Part shown: piece after piece, positions 1-10,231 of the stretch
How the letters are laid out: each line of letters starts with the position of its first letter
Numbering within the stretch: the first letter of the stretch is position 1
Assembly (NCBI GenBank): GCA_051531975.1
Contig: JAOPTT010000002.1
Span: forward strand, 281,968 to 345,967
Length of the DNA: 64,000 nucleotides
Direction: 5' to 3'
From: Spirochaetaceae bacterium
GTDB lineage: Bacteria > Spirochaetota > Spirochaetia > DSM-2461
The notes under the pieces: generated by a model
The model's input: only the letters and a program-made list of their open reading frames with translations
Database searches by the model: none
What the model was told of the DNA's origin: nothing
Translations under genes and position numbers: made by a program

Positions 1-123
1 CTACCATCCCAAACACTTAAAATGGCTATGACGCTGCTTGTTGCAACACCAGTATTTTTTGTTTTCCCTTTTGTTCAGAAATTTTTAGTAAAAGGGATTT
101 CAGTAGGTTCAGTTAAAGGCTGA
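1..123 (+). CDS. C-terminal fragment of carbohydrate ABC transporter permease (partial, runs off window start)
   Basis: Frame 1 reads LPSQTLKMAMTLLVATPVFFVFPFVQKFLVKGISVGSVKG*, the typical end (PFxQKxFxKGxxxGxVKG) of MalG/YtcP-type permeases; directly upstream of a solute-binding protein. Confidence 0.85.
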   Translation, partial: LPSQTLKMAMTLLVATPVFFVFPFVQKFLVKGISVGSVKG

Positions 124-166
124 TTAGTTTAATCAGTTTATATATAATAAATAAGGAGATTTTTTT

Positions 167-1696
167 ATGAAAAAAACACTACTACTATTAATTTTTTCAT
201 TAACAACAATTTTTGTCTTTGCAGGTAACAATGCAGAAAAAGAGGCAATTGAAAAGACAACAGAGTTAAGCATGTATCTTTTAGGTGATACAGTTGCTGA
301 CTATCCAATGATGTTAGAAGAGTTAAATGTTTTAATGGAAAACGATATTAACGCAACGTTAGATGTTAAGTTTACCACATGGGTAGATTGGCAGACAAAA
401 CTTAGACTAATTTTAGCTTCAGGGGAAAAAGTTGACCTTATGCATATGGCTCCATGGGGTATCTATTCTGAGCAGGCTCAGTCAGGAAACCTATTGGACT
501 TAAGTGAACTTGGTCCTATACATGCTCCGGAAACATGGGCAAGTTATTCTGAAGAAGTTTTAAAACAGGCTGAAGTAAATGGCGGAATTTATATGATGCC
601 TTTCAACTATGTTGAACCTACAGGACAAGGAATAGTTTATAGAAAAGATCTTGCAAAAAAATATGGAATGGACGAAATTAATTCTGCAGATTCTTTATAT
701 AACTTTTTAAAGTCTGTAAAAGAGAACGAAGATATGATTCCGTATAACGCAGGTGAATTTGACTTAGCGATATGGAGTACTTTCACAGCTATGTTTCCTA
801 CAGATACACCTTACGCATCTAAGGGGATTCTATATGAATCTGATGGTGGTGTAGGTGCTTATATCGATTATGGCAACCCAGAAGAAATTTTATATGATTT
901 TGAGGAAAAGCCTTTTAGATCCACTATGGAATTCTTTAATAAACTGTATACTGAGGAGCTTATAACTAGAAATGTTCTTTCAAATACTGTTGGTTCAAGA
1001 GATGCTTTTATAGCAGGTAAAAGTGCAATAACTTGTCTAAATCCTCTTAATGCAAATGAGCAATACCAAAAATTAAGTGAGTCACATCCTGATTGGGAAT
1101 TAGGATTATGGATGCCTCAAACTTTGATGAATGCTCTTGAAAAACCACCAGCAATTAACAATGGTTTATCAATTCCTGTGTCATCTGAAAATCCTATTAA
1201 AGCTCTTAAGTTAATTGAGAAGCTTCACCAGGACCAGAAATACCACGATTTAACAACTTATGGAATTAGAGGTGTACATTGGGACTTAGATGAAAATGAT
1301 CAGCTTGTTATGCCAGAAGGTTTAAGCCTTGACGATTCAGGATTTCCATGGGATCAACCGTGTCCATGGGGTTGGAGAGAAGCTAAGTTTTATAGATTAA
1401 ATCCTCTTACATCTGCAGCAATGTGGGATGAAGTTAGAGATACGCAAACTGATTTACAAAAAAAATTAGTTGATGCCAAGTGGACTACATTCATATTTGA
1501 TAGATCCAGCGTAAGTACAGAAATTTCTGCACTTAATACGGTTAGATCAGGAACATTTAGAGGTCTTGCCTGGGGAATATTAGATACTGAAGATGAGTAT
1601 GCCGAATTAGTTCAGGATTATAAAGATGCCGGAATTGATACAGTAAAAGCAGAACTTCAAAAACAGTGGTCAGCATACCTTAAAGAGAATAAATAA
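167..1696 (+). CDS. Carbohydrate ABC transporter substrate-binding protein (LplA/DUF3502-like)
   Basis: Signal peptide, ASGEKVDL, GIVYRKDLAKKYG, YGIRGVHW and C-terminal KDAGIDTVKAELQKQW motifs; SD aaggag upstream. Confidence 0.85.
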   Translation: MKKTLLLLIFSLTTIFVFAGNNAEKEAIEKTTELSMYLLGDTVADYPMMLEELNVLMENDINATLDVKFTTWVDWQTKLRLILASGEKVDLMHMAPWGIYSEQAQSGNLLDLSELGPIHAPETWASYSEEVLKQAEVNGGIYMMPFNYVEPTGQGIVYRKDLAKKYGMDEINSADSLYNFLKSVKENEDMIPYNAGEFDLAIWSTFTAMFPTDTPYASKGILYESDGGVGAYIDYGNPEEILYDFEEKPFRSTMEFFNKLYTEELITRNVLSNTVGSRDAFIAGKSAITCLNPLNANEQYQKLSESHPDWELGLWMPQTLMNALEKPPAINNGLSIPVSSENPIKALKLIEKLHQDQKYHDLTTYGIRGVHWDLDENDQLVMPEGLSLDDSGFPWDQPCPWGWREAKFYRLNPLTSAAMWDEVRDTQTDLQKKLVDAKWTTFIFDRSSVSTEISALNTVRSGTFRGLAWGILDTEDEYAELVQDYKDAGIDTVKAELQKQWSAYLKENK

Positions 1697-1703
1697 TAGA
1701 AAT

Positions 1704-1732
1704 AAAGGGTCGGTGGTTTATCGACCCTTTTT
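1704..1732 (+). terminator. Rho-independent terminator
   Basis: Stem aaagggtcg / cgacccttt followed by T-run. Confidence 0.75.
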
Positions 1733-1805
1733 ATGTTAAGTATTAATTCAGTGGTTTAATAAAGTATGGTATGTTAAAATTGTATCTATTAAATTGGAGG
1801 TTTTA

Positions 1806-3989
1806 GTGTTAAAAAAAATACCAATGCTTACTAGAATATTTATTCTAATAACATTGATTCTATCTATAACTACTATATTTAATACTGGAATTGTTCTCTA
1901 CTTCGTCGAGAAAAACATTGTTAATAAAGTTATAGAATCAGAAAAACAAAATTTAAAAAGATCCGCCTACTCTGTAGAACTACTGATGAAAGAAGCAAAT
2001 AATCTAGCACGGCATATAAATACAAACTTAAATATAAGAAAGATTTTATATAATACAACAATTCACCCTTTAGACATATCTTACGGAGTAAATGCACTTA
2101 GAAATTTCCAAGACCTTACAGGAAAAATTCACTCTATATATATTTTTAACAGTAAAACAGATCAGATCTATTACACAGGGGACAACCTAAAAATCAAGTC
2201 TAGTTTTAACAAAGAAAAATTTTTTGATACCTTATATATGTTAGAGTCAATTAATGGTGGTAAAGTTAATAATCTATATCCACACAGGCGTATTTTAATG
2301 GAGTATAACTACATATCAGATAGACTGGAACCAACAGATGTATATACTTTTTTATATAGTTATAGCCATCACAATAACTATGAAGATTCAAGTTTAATTG
2401 TTATCAACATATCCCTAAAGTGGTTAAAAGATTCAATCTTATTTCTAGACCAATCCCCACAACACAAACTTGAAGTTTTAGATATGGATAAAAATCCAAT
2501 ATTAGATGAATTTAAAAATAGAGAAAAATATGCAGAACTATATAATAACTTACCACAGGAAGAAGAATTTATTCTCAAAGATATTTCAGTAGAAAATGGA
2601 TCAAAAAATTATGTTATTGGATTAGAATCTCCTTTTCTAAAAAAGTGGTATTTCCTTAAATTTATTGACATAAAATCAGTCTTAAACGAAACCGATATAA
2701 TAAGAAAAACAGTTTTAATTATAGCCTTAAGTGTTCTACTTACAATGGTAATATTTACATGGTTTTCTATCAAAACAATAAAAAGGCCAATTGATGATAT
2801 TATACATAGATCAGAGCTGATGGTTTTAAACGAAGAAGTAGATGTACAAACTATTCAACAAGCAAAACTAAAAACACTTATTGATTTTTACCAAGACTTT
2901 CCTAAACAAGAAGTTGATAGAATACTATTTAGATGTAATGAAAAATTTATGTCTAACCAAGACTTTTTTCTCCTATTTTTACACTCTAAAGAGATAGAAA
3001 ACAAAATAACATTACAGGCAGCAGAGAATTTCTTTAAAGCAGAGTTTCATGCTGTTAGTTTTTTAAGAACAAAGCCAGGTTGCTTAACAATTATTATCCA
3101 AGATTCCAAATTACATAGCGGAAGTTTATTAACTAACATAAAGGACAATTACCAATTTGCTGGTGATATTTTCTTAGAAAAGGGAAACATCATATATTAT
3201 CCCAATCGGCATTCCCTAAAAGACCTCGGAGAGTCTATCCAAGTAGCCATGGATTTAATGCCCTATGTAAAATGTTTTGACTATAAGGGATCAGTAGATA
3301 TAAATACTTTAATTGATCAAAACAATAACCATGGGATATACCCTTTAGAAACAGAAAAAAAAATATTAAAGGCCTTGATTGGGAACAAAACTTCAGAGAT
3401 GTTAGTATCTTCAAATAATTTTTTAGATTCTATAAAGGATTGTAATATCAGGTTTTATTATAGATCTATGAATAGAATAATAAGATCAATATACGAACAG
3501 TTAAGAAATATAAATCCACTTATTACAAGACACATGAATCTGCCTAACCTAGATACTCTTCTGAATTCATTAAACAGTTATAGTAGTTTTAATGAACAAA
3601 AAGAGTTCATAACAGCATTTATAGAGAAAGCATTAATCGTTAAATCTGATATAACTGACATTAAGGATGATACCCAGATTAACAAAATTATATCTTATAT
3701 CATCAATAATTATGATAATAGTGGTCTAGGTAGCCAAATGATTGCGGACTATATAAAGCTAAATCCAACATACCTACAGAGTCTATTTAAAAAAGAGACA
3801 AAAGTATCTCTACACGAATATATTAATAACTACCGTCTTAAAAAATCTGTCCAGTTATTAGAATCAACATCTCTGCCTATAAAAGATATTTTACACCAGA
3901 TCGGTTATACCAATGAGCAGAGCTTTTTTAGACTATTTAAAAAAGAATACAATACGACTCCTACCCAATTTCGAAATAGATTAAAATAA
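1806..3989 (+). CDS. Membrane-anchored AraC-family regulator with extracytoplasmic sensor domain (YesS-like)
   Basis: Two TM helices flanking a large domain; C-terminal AraC HTH (LNPTYLQSLFKKET...IGYTNEQSFFRLFKKEYNTTPTQFR); GTG 1806 chosen because of SD ggagg at 1796-1800. Confidence 0.85.
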   Translation: MLKKIPMLTRIFILITLILSITTIFNTGIVLYFVEKNIVNKVIESEKQNLKRSAYSVELLMKEANNLARHINTNLNIRKILYNTTIHPLDISYGVNALRNFQDLTGKIHSIYIFNSKTDQIYYTGDNLKIKSSFNKEKFFDTLYMLESINGGKVNNLYPHRRILMEYNYISDRLEPTDVYTFLYSYSHHNNYEDSSLIVINISLKWLKDSILFLDQSPQHKLEVLDMDKNPILDEFKNREKYAELYNNLPQEEEFILKDISVENGSKNYVIGLESPFLKKWYFLKFIDIKSVLNETDIIRKTVLIIALSVLLTMVIFTWFSIKTIKRPIDDIIHRSELMVLNEEVDVQTIQQAKLKTLIDFYQDFPKQEVDRILFRCNEKFMSNQDFFLLFLHSKEIENKITLQAAENFFKAEFHAVSFLRTKPGCLTIIIQDSKLHSGSLLTNIKDNYQFAGDIFLEKGNIIYYPNRHSLKDLGESIQVAMDLMPYVKCFDYKGSVDINTLIDQNNNHGIYPLETEKKILKALIGNKTSEMLVSSNNFLDSIKDCNIRFYYRSMNRIIRSIYEQLRNINPLITRHMNLPNLDTLLNSLNSYSSFNEQKEFITAFIEKALIVKSDITDIKDDTQINKIISYIINNYDNSGLGSQMIADYIKLNPTYLQSLFKKETKVSLHEYINNYRLKKSVQLLESTSLPIKDILHQIGYTNEQSFFRLFKKEYNTTPTQFRNRLK

Positions 3990-3999
3990 CTCTGTTGTT

Positions 4000-4032
4000 C
4001 CTTGACTTTAACCTAAGGTCAAGGACTAAACT
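4000..4032 (+). promoter_or_regulatory. MerR-type promoter/operator with 19-bp spacer
   Basis: -35 TTGACT (4002-4007), 19 bp, -10 TAAACT (4027-4032); dyad ccttgacttta-N3-taaggtcaagg (10/11 match). Confidence 0.8.
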
Positions 4033-4061
4033 ATAATTAACCCCGGGGAAAAGGAGTACCA

Positions 4062-4865
4062 ATGTATTCAATTGGTGAGTTTTCGAAGATTAACAGAATT
4101 ACAACAAAAACCTTACGACATTACGACAAAATTGGACTGTTAAAACCTAACAGAACCGATGACTGGACTGGATATAGATATTATAGCCCAGATCAGTTAG
4201 TGGTTATTAGAAAGATATTAATGCTAAAGGATTTAGGTTTCTCTCTATTAGAAATAGAGGAACTGATAAGTGGTACAAAGCCATTTAAACAGAGTCTAGA
4301 GCAAAAAATATTAAAGTTAGAAGAACAAGTAATCCAGAGTCAAAGTAGGTTAAGTAGTGCTGTTAATTATCTTAAAAGTCTGAATAAGGGAGAAGTTATG
4401 GACAGAGAAGTAGTTATTAAAAGTTTACCAGAAGTAATAGTAGCCTCAATGAGAACTGTGGTACCAAATTACGCCAGTTATTTTGATATAGTCCCAAAGA
4501 TGGGAGAGTATATGACCAGTGTTGGAGCAGTTTGTTCAGAACCAGCATACTGTTTCACAATCTACCACGATGGAGAGTATAAAGAGGCAGATATCGATGT
4601 TGAAGTTTGTGAAGCTGTAACAAAACATTGTAAAGAGTCAGATAAAGTTAAGTTTAAACAGATAGATTCAGTTAAAAAAGCTGCATGTTTAGGCCATAAA
4701 GGTCCATATAAAACAATAGAACAGAGTTATAGCCAGGTATTTGAATGGATAAATGCAAATGGCTATAAAGTTGCTGATAATCCTAGAGAATCTTATATCG
4801 ATGGAATCTGGAACAAAGAGAACCCAGAGGATTGGTTAACAGAAATCCAAATACCTCTAGTATAA
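4062..4865 (+). CDS. MerR-family regulator with GyrI-like effector-binding domain (BmrR/YdfL type)
   Basis: N-terminal YSIGEFSKI...TLRHYDKIGLLKP...TGYRYY; C-terminal HKGPY...RESYIDG...WLTEIQIP. Confidence 0.9.
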   Translation: MYSIGEFSKINRITTKTLRHYDKIGLLKPNRTDDWTGYRYYSPDQLVVIRKILMLKDLGFSLLEIEELISGTKPFKQSLEQKILKLEEQVIQSQSRLSSAVNYLKSLNKGEVMDREVVIKSLPEVIVASMRTVVPNYASYFDIVPKMGEYMTSVGAVCSEPAYCFTIYHDGEYKEADIDVEVCEAVTKHCKESDKVKFKQIDSVKKAACLGHKGPYKTIEQSYSQVFEWINANGYKVADNPRESYIDGIWNKENPEDWLTEIQIPLV

Positions 4866-4877
4866 AACATAAAACCG

Positions 4878-4913
4878 TCTACTGATAATTTAACTTTTAA
4901 ACTTACCAGTAGA
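4878..4913 (+). terminator. Imperfect hairpin after merR (possible terminator)
   Basis: tctactg...cagtaga arms with further AT pairing; weak T-tract. Confidence 0.35.
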
Positions 4914-4918
4914 TTTCC

Positions 4919-4964
4919 TTGACACAATACGATCATAAATGAATAATAAAACCATATATGACCG
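4919..4964 (+). promoter_or_regulatory. Sulfatase promoter with inverted repeat flanking the -10
   Basis: TTGACA 4919-4924, 17 bp, AATAAT 4942-4947; cgatcataaatg-N11-catatatgaccg dyad (10/12). Confidence 0.5.
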
Positions 4965-4980
4965 TCAAGGAGTTTTTGAT

Positions 4981-6531
4981 ATGAAAAATAAGAATGTACT
5001 ATTCATCACTAGTGACCAACAACACTGGTATACTTTAGGGTATTTAAATAAAGAGGTAAAAACTCCAAACCTTGATAGATTAGCAAAAATGGGTACATCA
5101 TTTCACAGAGCATATACTCCAAATCCAACCTGCACACCAACAAGAGCAAGTTGGATTACCGGACTTTACCCTAGCCAACACGGTTCATATAGTTTAGGAA
5201 CTAAATTAATGGAAGACGTTAAAACAGTTGGGGATGATTTTATAGAAAATGGTTATGCCACTGGACTTGTTGGTAAAGCACACTTTCAACCTTTATTACA
5301 AACCGACGAATTCTCATCCTTAGAGTGTTACCCTCTTTTACACGACCTAAACTATTGGAAGAAATTTAATGATAAGTTTTATGGTTTTCAAGATGTTGAA
5401 TTAGCAAGAAACCATACAGACGAATCCCATGCCGGTCAACACTACGCCTTATGGATGATAGAGAAAGGGTATACAAACTGGAGAGATTATTTTTTACCAA
5501 ATCAGCCAGGACAGACAATAGAAGGTGATCCATTAACAGAATCTCCTCATACAGCTAGAAAACCAGGACAATCCTGGGATATACCAGAAGAGATTCATTA
5601 CAATACCTGGATTGCTGAAAGAACAAATTCACTTATGGAAAAATATAAAAAGCAGGATAAAAACTTCTTTTTATGGGCTAGTTTTTTTGACCCACATCCA
5701 CAATATATGGTTCCAGAACCATACGCATCAATGTACGATCCTAAAGAAGTTACAGTTCCACAAATGACACCAGGTGAATTTGATGATAAACCTCCTTATT
5801 TTAAATATTCACAACAAGAAAATGTCGATTGGTCAGAGTTCCAAGAAGAAGGTGGAAATGGGATTCACGGTTCAGGATGTCATCTAAAATCCGAGGATGA
5901 TAAAGCAAAAAATATTGCTATGATGTATGGTATGATGACGATGTTAGATAAATACATTGGTAAAATTTTAGATAAGTTAGATGATTTAGGATTAACAGAA
6001 AATACATTAGTATGTTTTACTACGGATCATGGAGATTTCTGGGGGCAACATGGGCTAACTGAAAAAGCTATACACCACTACGAGGACCTTCTTAAAGTTC
6101 CAATGATAGTTAGCCAACCCGGAACTGTTCCTCAGGATAAAATATCAGGGTCTCTTCAATCAACCGTCGATGTAGCACCAAGTTTTTTAAGTGCTGCAGG
6201 GTTAGAAGTACCTAAAAGAATGAGTGGAATAGACCAAACACCTGTATGGTTTGGGGAAAAAGATACTATTAGAGATCATGTAATAGTAGAAAACCAACAC
6301 CAACCAACTAAAATGAACCTAAGAACATATATAAACGAACAGTATAAGATTACAATTCATTATGGACAGGAATATGGGGAAATATACGATCTTAAAAATG
6401 ATTCAGGAGAACTCACAAACCTTTGGGATATTCCAGGATGTCAAAAGTTAAAACAGGAACTGCTGCTAAAGTTTATGTATGCAGAAATGGCTAAAGATCC
6501 ACTACAAATGCCAAGAATATCAGGAGCTTAA
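4981..6531 (+). CDS. Cys-type formylglycine-dependent sulfatase (S1 family)
   Basis: NVLFITSDQ, CTPTRAS (CxPxR), GKAH, FFDPHP, TTDHG motifs; ATG 4981 preferred (SD aaggag upstream). Confidence 0.92.
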   Translation: MKNKNVLFITSDQQHWYTLGYLNKEVKTPNLDRLAKMGTSFHRAYTPNPTCTPTRASWITGLYPSQHGSYSLGTKLMEDVKTVGDDFIENGYATGLVGKAHFQPLLQTDEFSSLECYPLLHDLNYWKKFNDKFYGFQDVELARNHTDESHAGQHYALWMIEKGYTNWRDYFLPNQPGQTIEGDPLTESPHTARKPGQSWDIPEEIHYNTWIAERTNSLMEKYKKQDKNFFLWASFFDPHPQYMVPEPYASMYDPKEVTVPQMTPGEFDDKPPYFKYSQQENVDWSEFQEEGGNGIHGSGCHLKSEDDKAKNIAMMYGMMTMLDKYIGKILDKLDDLGLTENTLVCFTTDHGDFWGQHGLTEKAIHHYEDLLKVPMIVSQPGTVPQDKISGSLQSTVDVAPSFLSAAGLEVPKRMSGIDQTPVWFGEKDTIRDHVIVENQHQPTKMNLRTYINEQYKITIHYGQEYGEIYDLKNDSGELTNLWDIPGCQKLKQELLLKFMYAEMAKDPLQMPRISGA

Positions 6532-6532
6532 A

Positions 6533-7225
6533 ATGGGAATACCAGCGTTAGACAGAGGGCTAGATATTATAGATAGCCTATTAATAAACAGTACACCACT
6601 AAAATATTCTGATATAAAAAAGAGATTAGCAGATGTTTCTGATTCAAGTTTAAATAGACTCTTAGCCTCATTAACTGAAAAAAGGTATATTCAGAAGAAC
6701 TCTAAAAACCTATATATATTAGGCCCTGAGTTAAGTCGATGGAGTTCTATCTTATCTGGGAAACAGACTATGTTACAAAAACTAGAAACTGCTATTGATA
6801 ATATTGTATCAACCACCAATGAGTCAGCAGCTGTAGCTTGTTATAATGGAGAAAAGATCACTATTTTACTGTGTAAAAATGCACATAACTCAATCTCTAT
6901 TATCCCAAAAGGGGAAACTCTATTTTATGAAGCTGACCACGCAGGTTCTCTAGCAATAATTGATAATATGGAACCAGCTTTAAAAAGTAAGATAGTCTCA
7001 GAAAACTCCGAACTCTTAAATGGTATCGATAAGTATAAAATAAAAGCAGATATACCCTATTATTTTGATGAGTCAGTAAATAGAGTTGGCATAAGCAGGT
7101 TAGCATTTCCTATAAATATAGAGGGGCAGCCAGGGGCAATTTTTATTTGTGCACCTACTGTCCGACTAAAGAAAGATTTAGATAAAATGGTTCAGGAGTT
7201 ACAAAAACAGATAGTTTTATTATAG
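6533..7225 (+). CDS. IclR-family transcriptional regulator
   Basis: N-terminal IPALDRGLDII...SSLNRLLASLTEKRYI...YILGP wHTH; ATG 6533 with SD caggag, directly after sulfatase stop. Confidence 0.75.
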   Translation: MGIPALDRGLDIIDSLLINSTPLKYSDIKKRLADVSDSSLNRLLASLTEKRYIQKNSKNLYILGPELSRWSSILSGKQTMLQKLETAIDNIVSTTNESAAVACYNGEKITILLCKNAHNSISIIPKGETLFYEADHAGSLAIIDNMEPALKSKIVSENSELLNGIDKYKIKADIPYYFDESVNRVGISRLAFPINIEGQPGAIFICAPTVRLKKDLDKMVQELQKQIVLL

Positions 7226-7954
7226 TTATTTTAGTTTTCTAAAAGCCCCTGGGCTAACTCCAACTATTTTTTTGAATCTACTGCAAAAATAGGTTTCGTC
7301 ACAGTAACCTAAATTCTCCGCTACCTGGTAATTTCTATTCCCCTGTTTAATCATAGAACATGCAGCCTCCATTTTAAGTTTCTCAAAATATACTAAAGGT
7401 GGGAGGTTTGTACTTTTTTTAAATAACCTGCAAAAATAATGCTTCTCTAAATGCACATGATCTGCAATTTGGGTAAGAGATAACTTTTTAGTAATATTCT
7501 CCATTAAATAGTTCTGGGCATTTATTATTGGCTCTTGGTTGTAACTAGTAGGAACTTTAGAACTGGATAATAATGTATATATAAAGTATAAAAACAGATG
7601 CTCTGCTGCGTGTATGGATTCATCATCAGTGGATAATAGTGTTCTTAACTTTGATAATAAAACTCTGCTATCACTTGTTAAATTATAACACATATTTAAC
7701 TTATTTAGAGTTACCTCAGAATCCTTGTCAGGATAATATCTTATGTAAAAAAAAGATAACTGCTTCTCTACTTCTAAACAATGTAAAACCCCAGGAGTTG
7801 ATACTAAAAACTGATCTTTTACAAAGCTAGTACTCTTCCCATTCTGTACAAATGACCCTTCACCTTTCAAAATGTAATGAAACTCGTAACAATCGTGGCT
7901 ATGATTATTGTAATAACCATTCAAAAAACCAAAGTTAAACTCTAACAACCCCAT
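7226..7954 (-). CDS. AraC-family regulator with cupin ligand-binding domain
   Basis: HSHDCYEFHYILKGEG cupin motif; C-terminal HTH LGYCDETYFCSRFKKIVGVSPGAFR; divergent from GH3 gene. Confidence 0.88.
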   Translation of the reverse strand: MGLLEFNFGFLNGYYNNHSHDCYEFHYILKGEGSFVQNGKSTSFVKDQFLVSTPGVLHCLEVEKQLSFFYIRYYPDKDSEVTLNKLNMCYNLTSDSRVLLSKLRTLLSTDDESIHAAEHLFLYFIYTLLSSSKVPTSYNQEPIINAQNYLMENITKKLSLTQIADHVHLEKHYFCRLFKKSTNLPPLVYFEKLKMEAACSMIKQGNRNYQVAENLGYCDETYFCSRFKKIVGVSPGAFRKLK

Positions 7955-8062
7955 AAAAAACCTACCAAAAGTCAATATCACTAAAGATTAACATAATATT
8001 TATAGTGTAAAAATACCCAGTTATGAATTACATTATTTTTATAGGTCTATAGGAGAACATTC

Positions 8063-10183
8063 ATGGAACAAAAATGGTTTAATTCAAAACTACCAATTAA
8101 TGAACGAGTAGATAGCTTAGTTAAAGAGATGACAATTGAAGAGAAGGCTTCCCAGCTTTTATATACAAGTAAAGAGATCCCTAGATTAAACATACCAGAA
8201 TATAACTGGTGGAACGAATGTTTACACGGAATAGCTCGGGCAGGAAGAGCAACGATATATCCACAAGCTATGGGTATGGCTTCCGCTTTTGATAGAGATA
8301 TTATGGAAAGAATTGCTACAACAATTTCCGATGAAGGTAGAGCAAAATATTACAAGGCTATATCAAATGGAAATAGAGGCCAGTATATGGGTTTAACTTA
8401 CTGGACTCCCAATATTAATATATTTAGAGATCCAAGATGGGGTCGTGGTCAAGAAACTTATGGAGAAGACCCATATTTAACAGGAGAACTAGGAATGTCT
8501 TTTGTTAAAGGACTTCAAGGTGAACACCCTACCCTTCTAAAGTCTGCAGCATGTGCAAAACATTATGCTGTTCATTCTGGTCCAGAATCAGAGAGACATA
8601 CATTTGATGCAATAGTAACAGAAAAGGATTTAAGAGAGACATATCTTCCAGCTTTTAAGAAACTAGTAAAAGAAGCTAAAGTTGAAGCTGTTATGGGAGC
8701 GTACAATAGAACTAATGGTGAACCTTGTTGTGGAAGTAAAACACTACTAGAGGACATACTTAGAACTGAGTGGGGATTTGATGGCCACGTTGTTTCAGAT
8801 TGTTGGGCAATAAGGGATTTCCACGAACACCATAAAGTAACAAATAGTCCAGAAGAGTCAGTTGCATTAGCACTTAAAACTGGTTGTGATGTAAACTGTG
8901 GTTGTACTTATGACTTTATATTAAGTGCACACAAAAATGGACTAATTACAGAAGATGACATAGATAAATGTCTAAAAAGAGCTGTAAGAGCACGGATTAG
9001 ACTTGGAATGTTTGATCCAGTGGAAGAAGACCCATGGAAAGATATAAAAGAAGATGTTATAGATTGTCAAAAACATAGGGACTTAGCTAGAGAATCAGCT
9101 GCTAAATCTATTGTATTACTTAAGAATACACAAAATATATTACCTCTAGATAAAAATATAAATAACCTACTTTTAGTTGGCCCAAATGCTGCAAACATAG
9201 AAGCTATGATCGGGAACTATTATGGTAGTAACCCTAGAATCATTACACCTTTAGAGGGTATTGCAGCAGCAGTCTCATCTGGGACTACAGTAGAATATCG
9301 ACCAGGAGTTATGATCGATCACCCTAATAAAAACCCAATACAATGGGCAGTTTTTGAAGCAGATAATTACGATTATACTGTTGCCGTCGTCGGTTTAGAC
9401 CAGAGATTAGAAGGTGAAGAAGGTGATTCTATAGCATCAGATATGTTAGGAGATAGATATGATCTTAAACTACCAGAACAACAGCTAGGATTTCTTAAGG
9501 AATTAAGTAAAAGAAAAGCTAAACTTATAGTTGTTGTAATATCAGGTAGCCCACTACTTTTAGATGAAGTTCAAGAGTTTGCAGATGTTGTAGTTTGGAC
9601 ATGTTACCCAGGGGAAGAAGGTGGAAATGCTATAGCCGATGTTCTTTTTGGAGATGTTAACCCATCTGGAAGACTACCTATAACCTTCCCTAAAAGCCTA
9701 GAACAACTACCAGCATTTACAGACTACTCTATGATTGGTAGAACATACAGATATATGGAAAAGACACCACTTTATCCGTTTGGATTTGGACTCTCTTTTA
9801 CAAAATATAGCTATTCAAATATTAGATTAGAAAAAGATTCATTTAGTAAAGATGAAAAAATTAAAGTCACATGTAATCTGGAAAATATAGGTGAAAACGA
9901 TGGAAGTGAAATAATTCAGCTATATCTAAAAGCAATTGGTATGCCTTTTACTACCCCTTTATTAACACTAAAAGATTTCAAACGAGTAGATTTAAATGCT
10001 GGAGAATCAAAAAGCATAGAATTCACTTTAAAACCAGAAGATCTACTACTTTTTAATGATGAAGGAAAAGAGATTTATCAACCTGGAAAGTACCAGGTTA
10101 TAGTTTCTGGTTCAGCCCCAATAGAACAATCGGTAGTTCTTGGTGCAGCAAAACCTGTTAAAGCAACTTTTACATTAATATAA
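8063..10183 (+). CDS. GH3 glycoside hydrolase (beta-xylosidase/beta-glucosidase-like), cytoplasmic
   Basis: YNWWNECLHG, PNINIFRDPRWGRGQETYGEDP, KHY, VVSDCWA nucleophile motif, C-terminal Fn3-like domain; no signal peptide. Confidence 0.93.
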   Translation: MEQKWFNSKLPINERVDSLVKEMTIEEKASQLLYTSKEIPRLNIPEYNWWNECLHGIARAGRATIYPQAMGMASAFDRDIMERIATTISDEGRAKYYKAISNGNRGQYMGLTYWTPNINIFRDPRWGRGQETYGEDPYLTGELGMSFVKGLQGEHPTLLKSAACAKHYAVHSGPESERHTFDAIVTEKDLRETYLPAFKKLVKEAKVEAVMGAYNRTNGEPCCGSKTLLEDILRTEWGFDGHVVSDCWAIRDFHEHHKVTNSPEESVALALKTGCDVNCGCTYDFILSAHKNGLITEDDIDKCLKRAVRARIRLGMFDPVEEDPWKDIKEDVIDCQKHRDLARESAAKSIVLLKNTQNILPLDKNINNLLLVGPNAANIEAMIGNYYGSNPRIITPLEGIAAAVSSGTTVEYRPGVMIDHPNKNPIQWAVFEADNYDYTVAVVGLDQRLEGEEGDSIASDMLGDRYDLKLPEQQLGFLKELSKRKAKLIVVVISGSPLLLDEVQEFADVVVWTCYPGEEGGNAIADVLFGDVNPSGRLPITFPKSLEQLPAFTDYSMIGRTYRYMEKTPLYPFGFGLSFTKYSYSNIRLEKDSFSKDEKIKVTCNLENIGENDGSEIIQLYLKAIGMPFTTPLLTLKDFKRVDLNAGESKSIEFTLKPEDLLLFNDEGKEIYQPGKYQVIVSGSAPIEQSVVLGAAKPVKATFTLI

Positions 10184-10189
10184 ACATAT

Positions 10190-10229
10190 AAAGCTAGAGT
10201 TATATAAATGCCAACTCTAGCTTTTTTTT
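10190..10229. terminator. Terminator between convergent GH3 and galT (likely bidirectional)
   Basis: aaagctagagtt / aactctagcttt stem followed by T-run. Confidence 0.75.
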
Positions 10230-10231
10230 AA

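Noticed and set aside
4917..4970. ccttgac...gtcaagg arms identical to the MerR dyad ends at the sulfatase promoter
   Set aside because: The arms are 40 bp apart and are explained by the -35 box and the SD; the promoter spacer is 17 bp, not MerR-type
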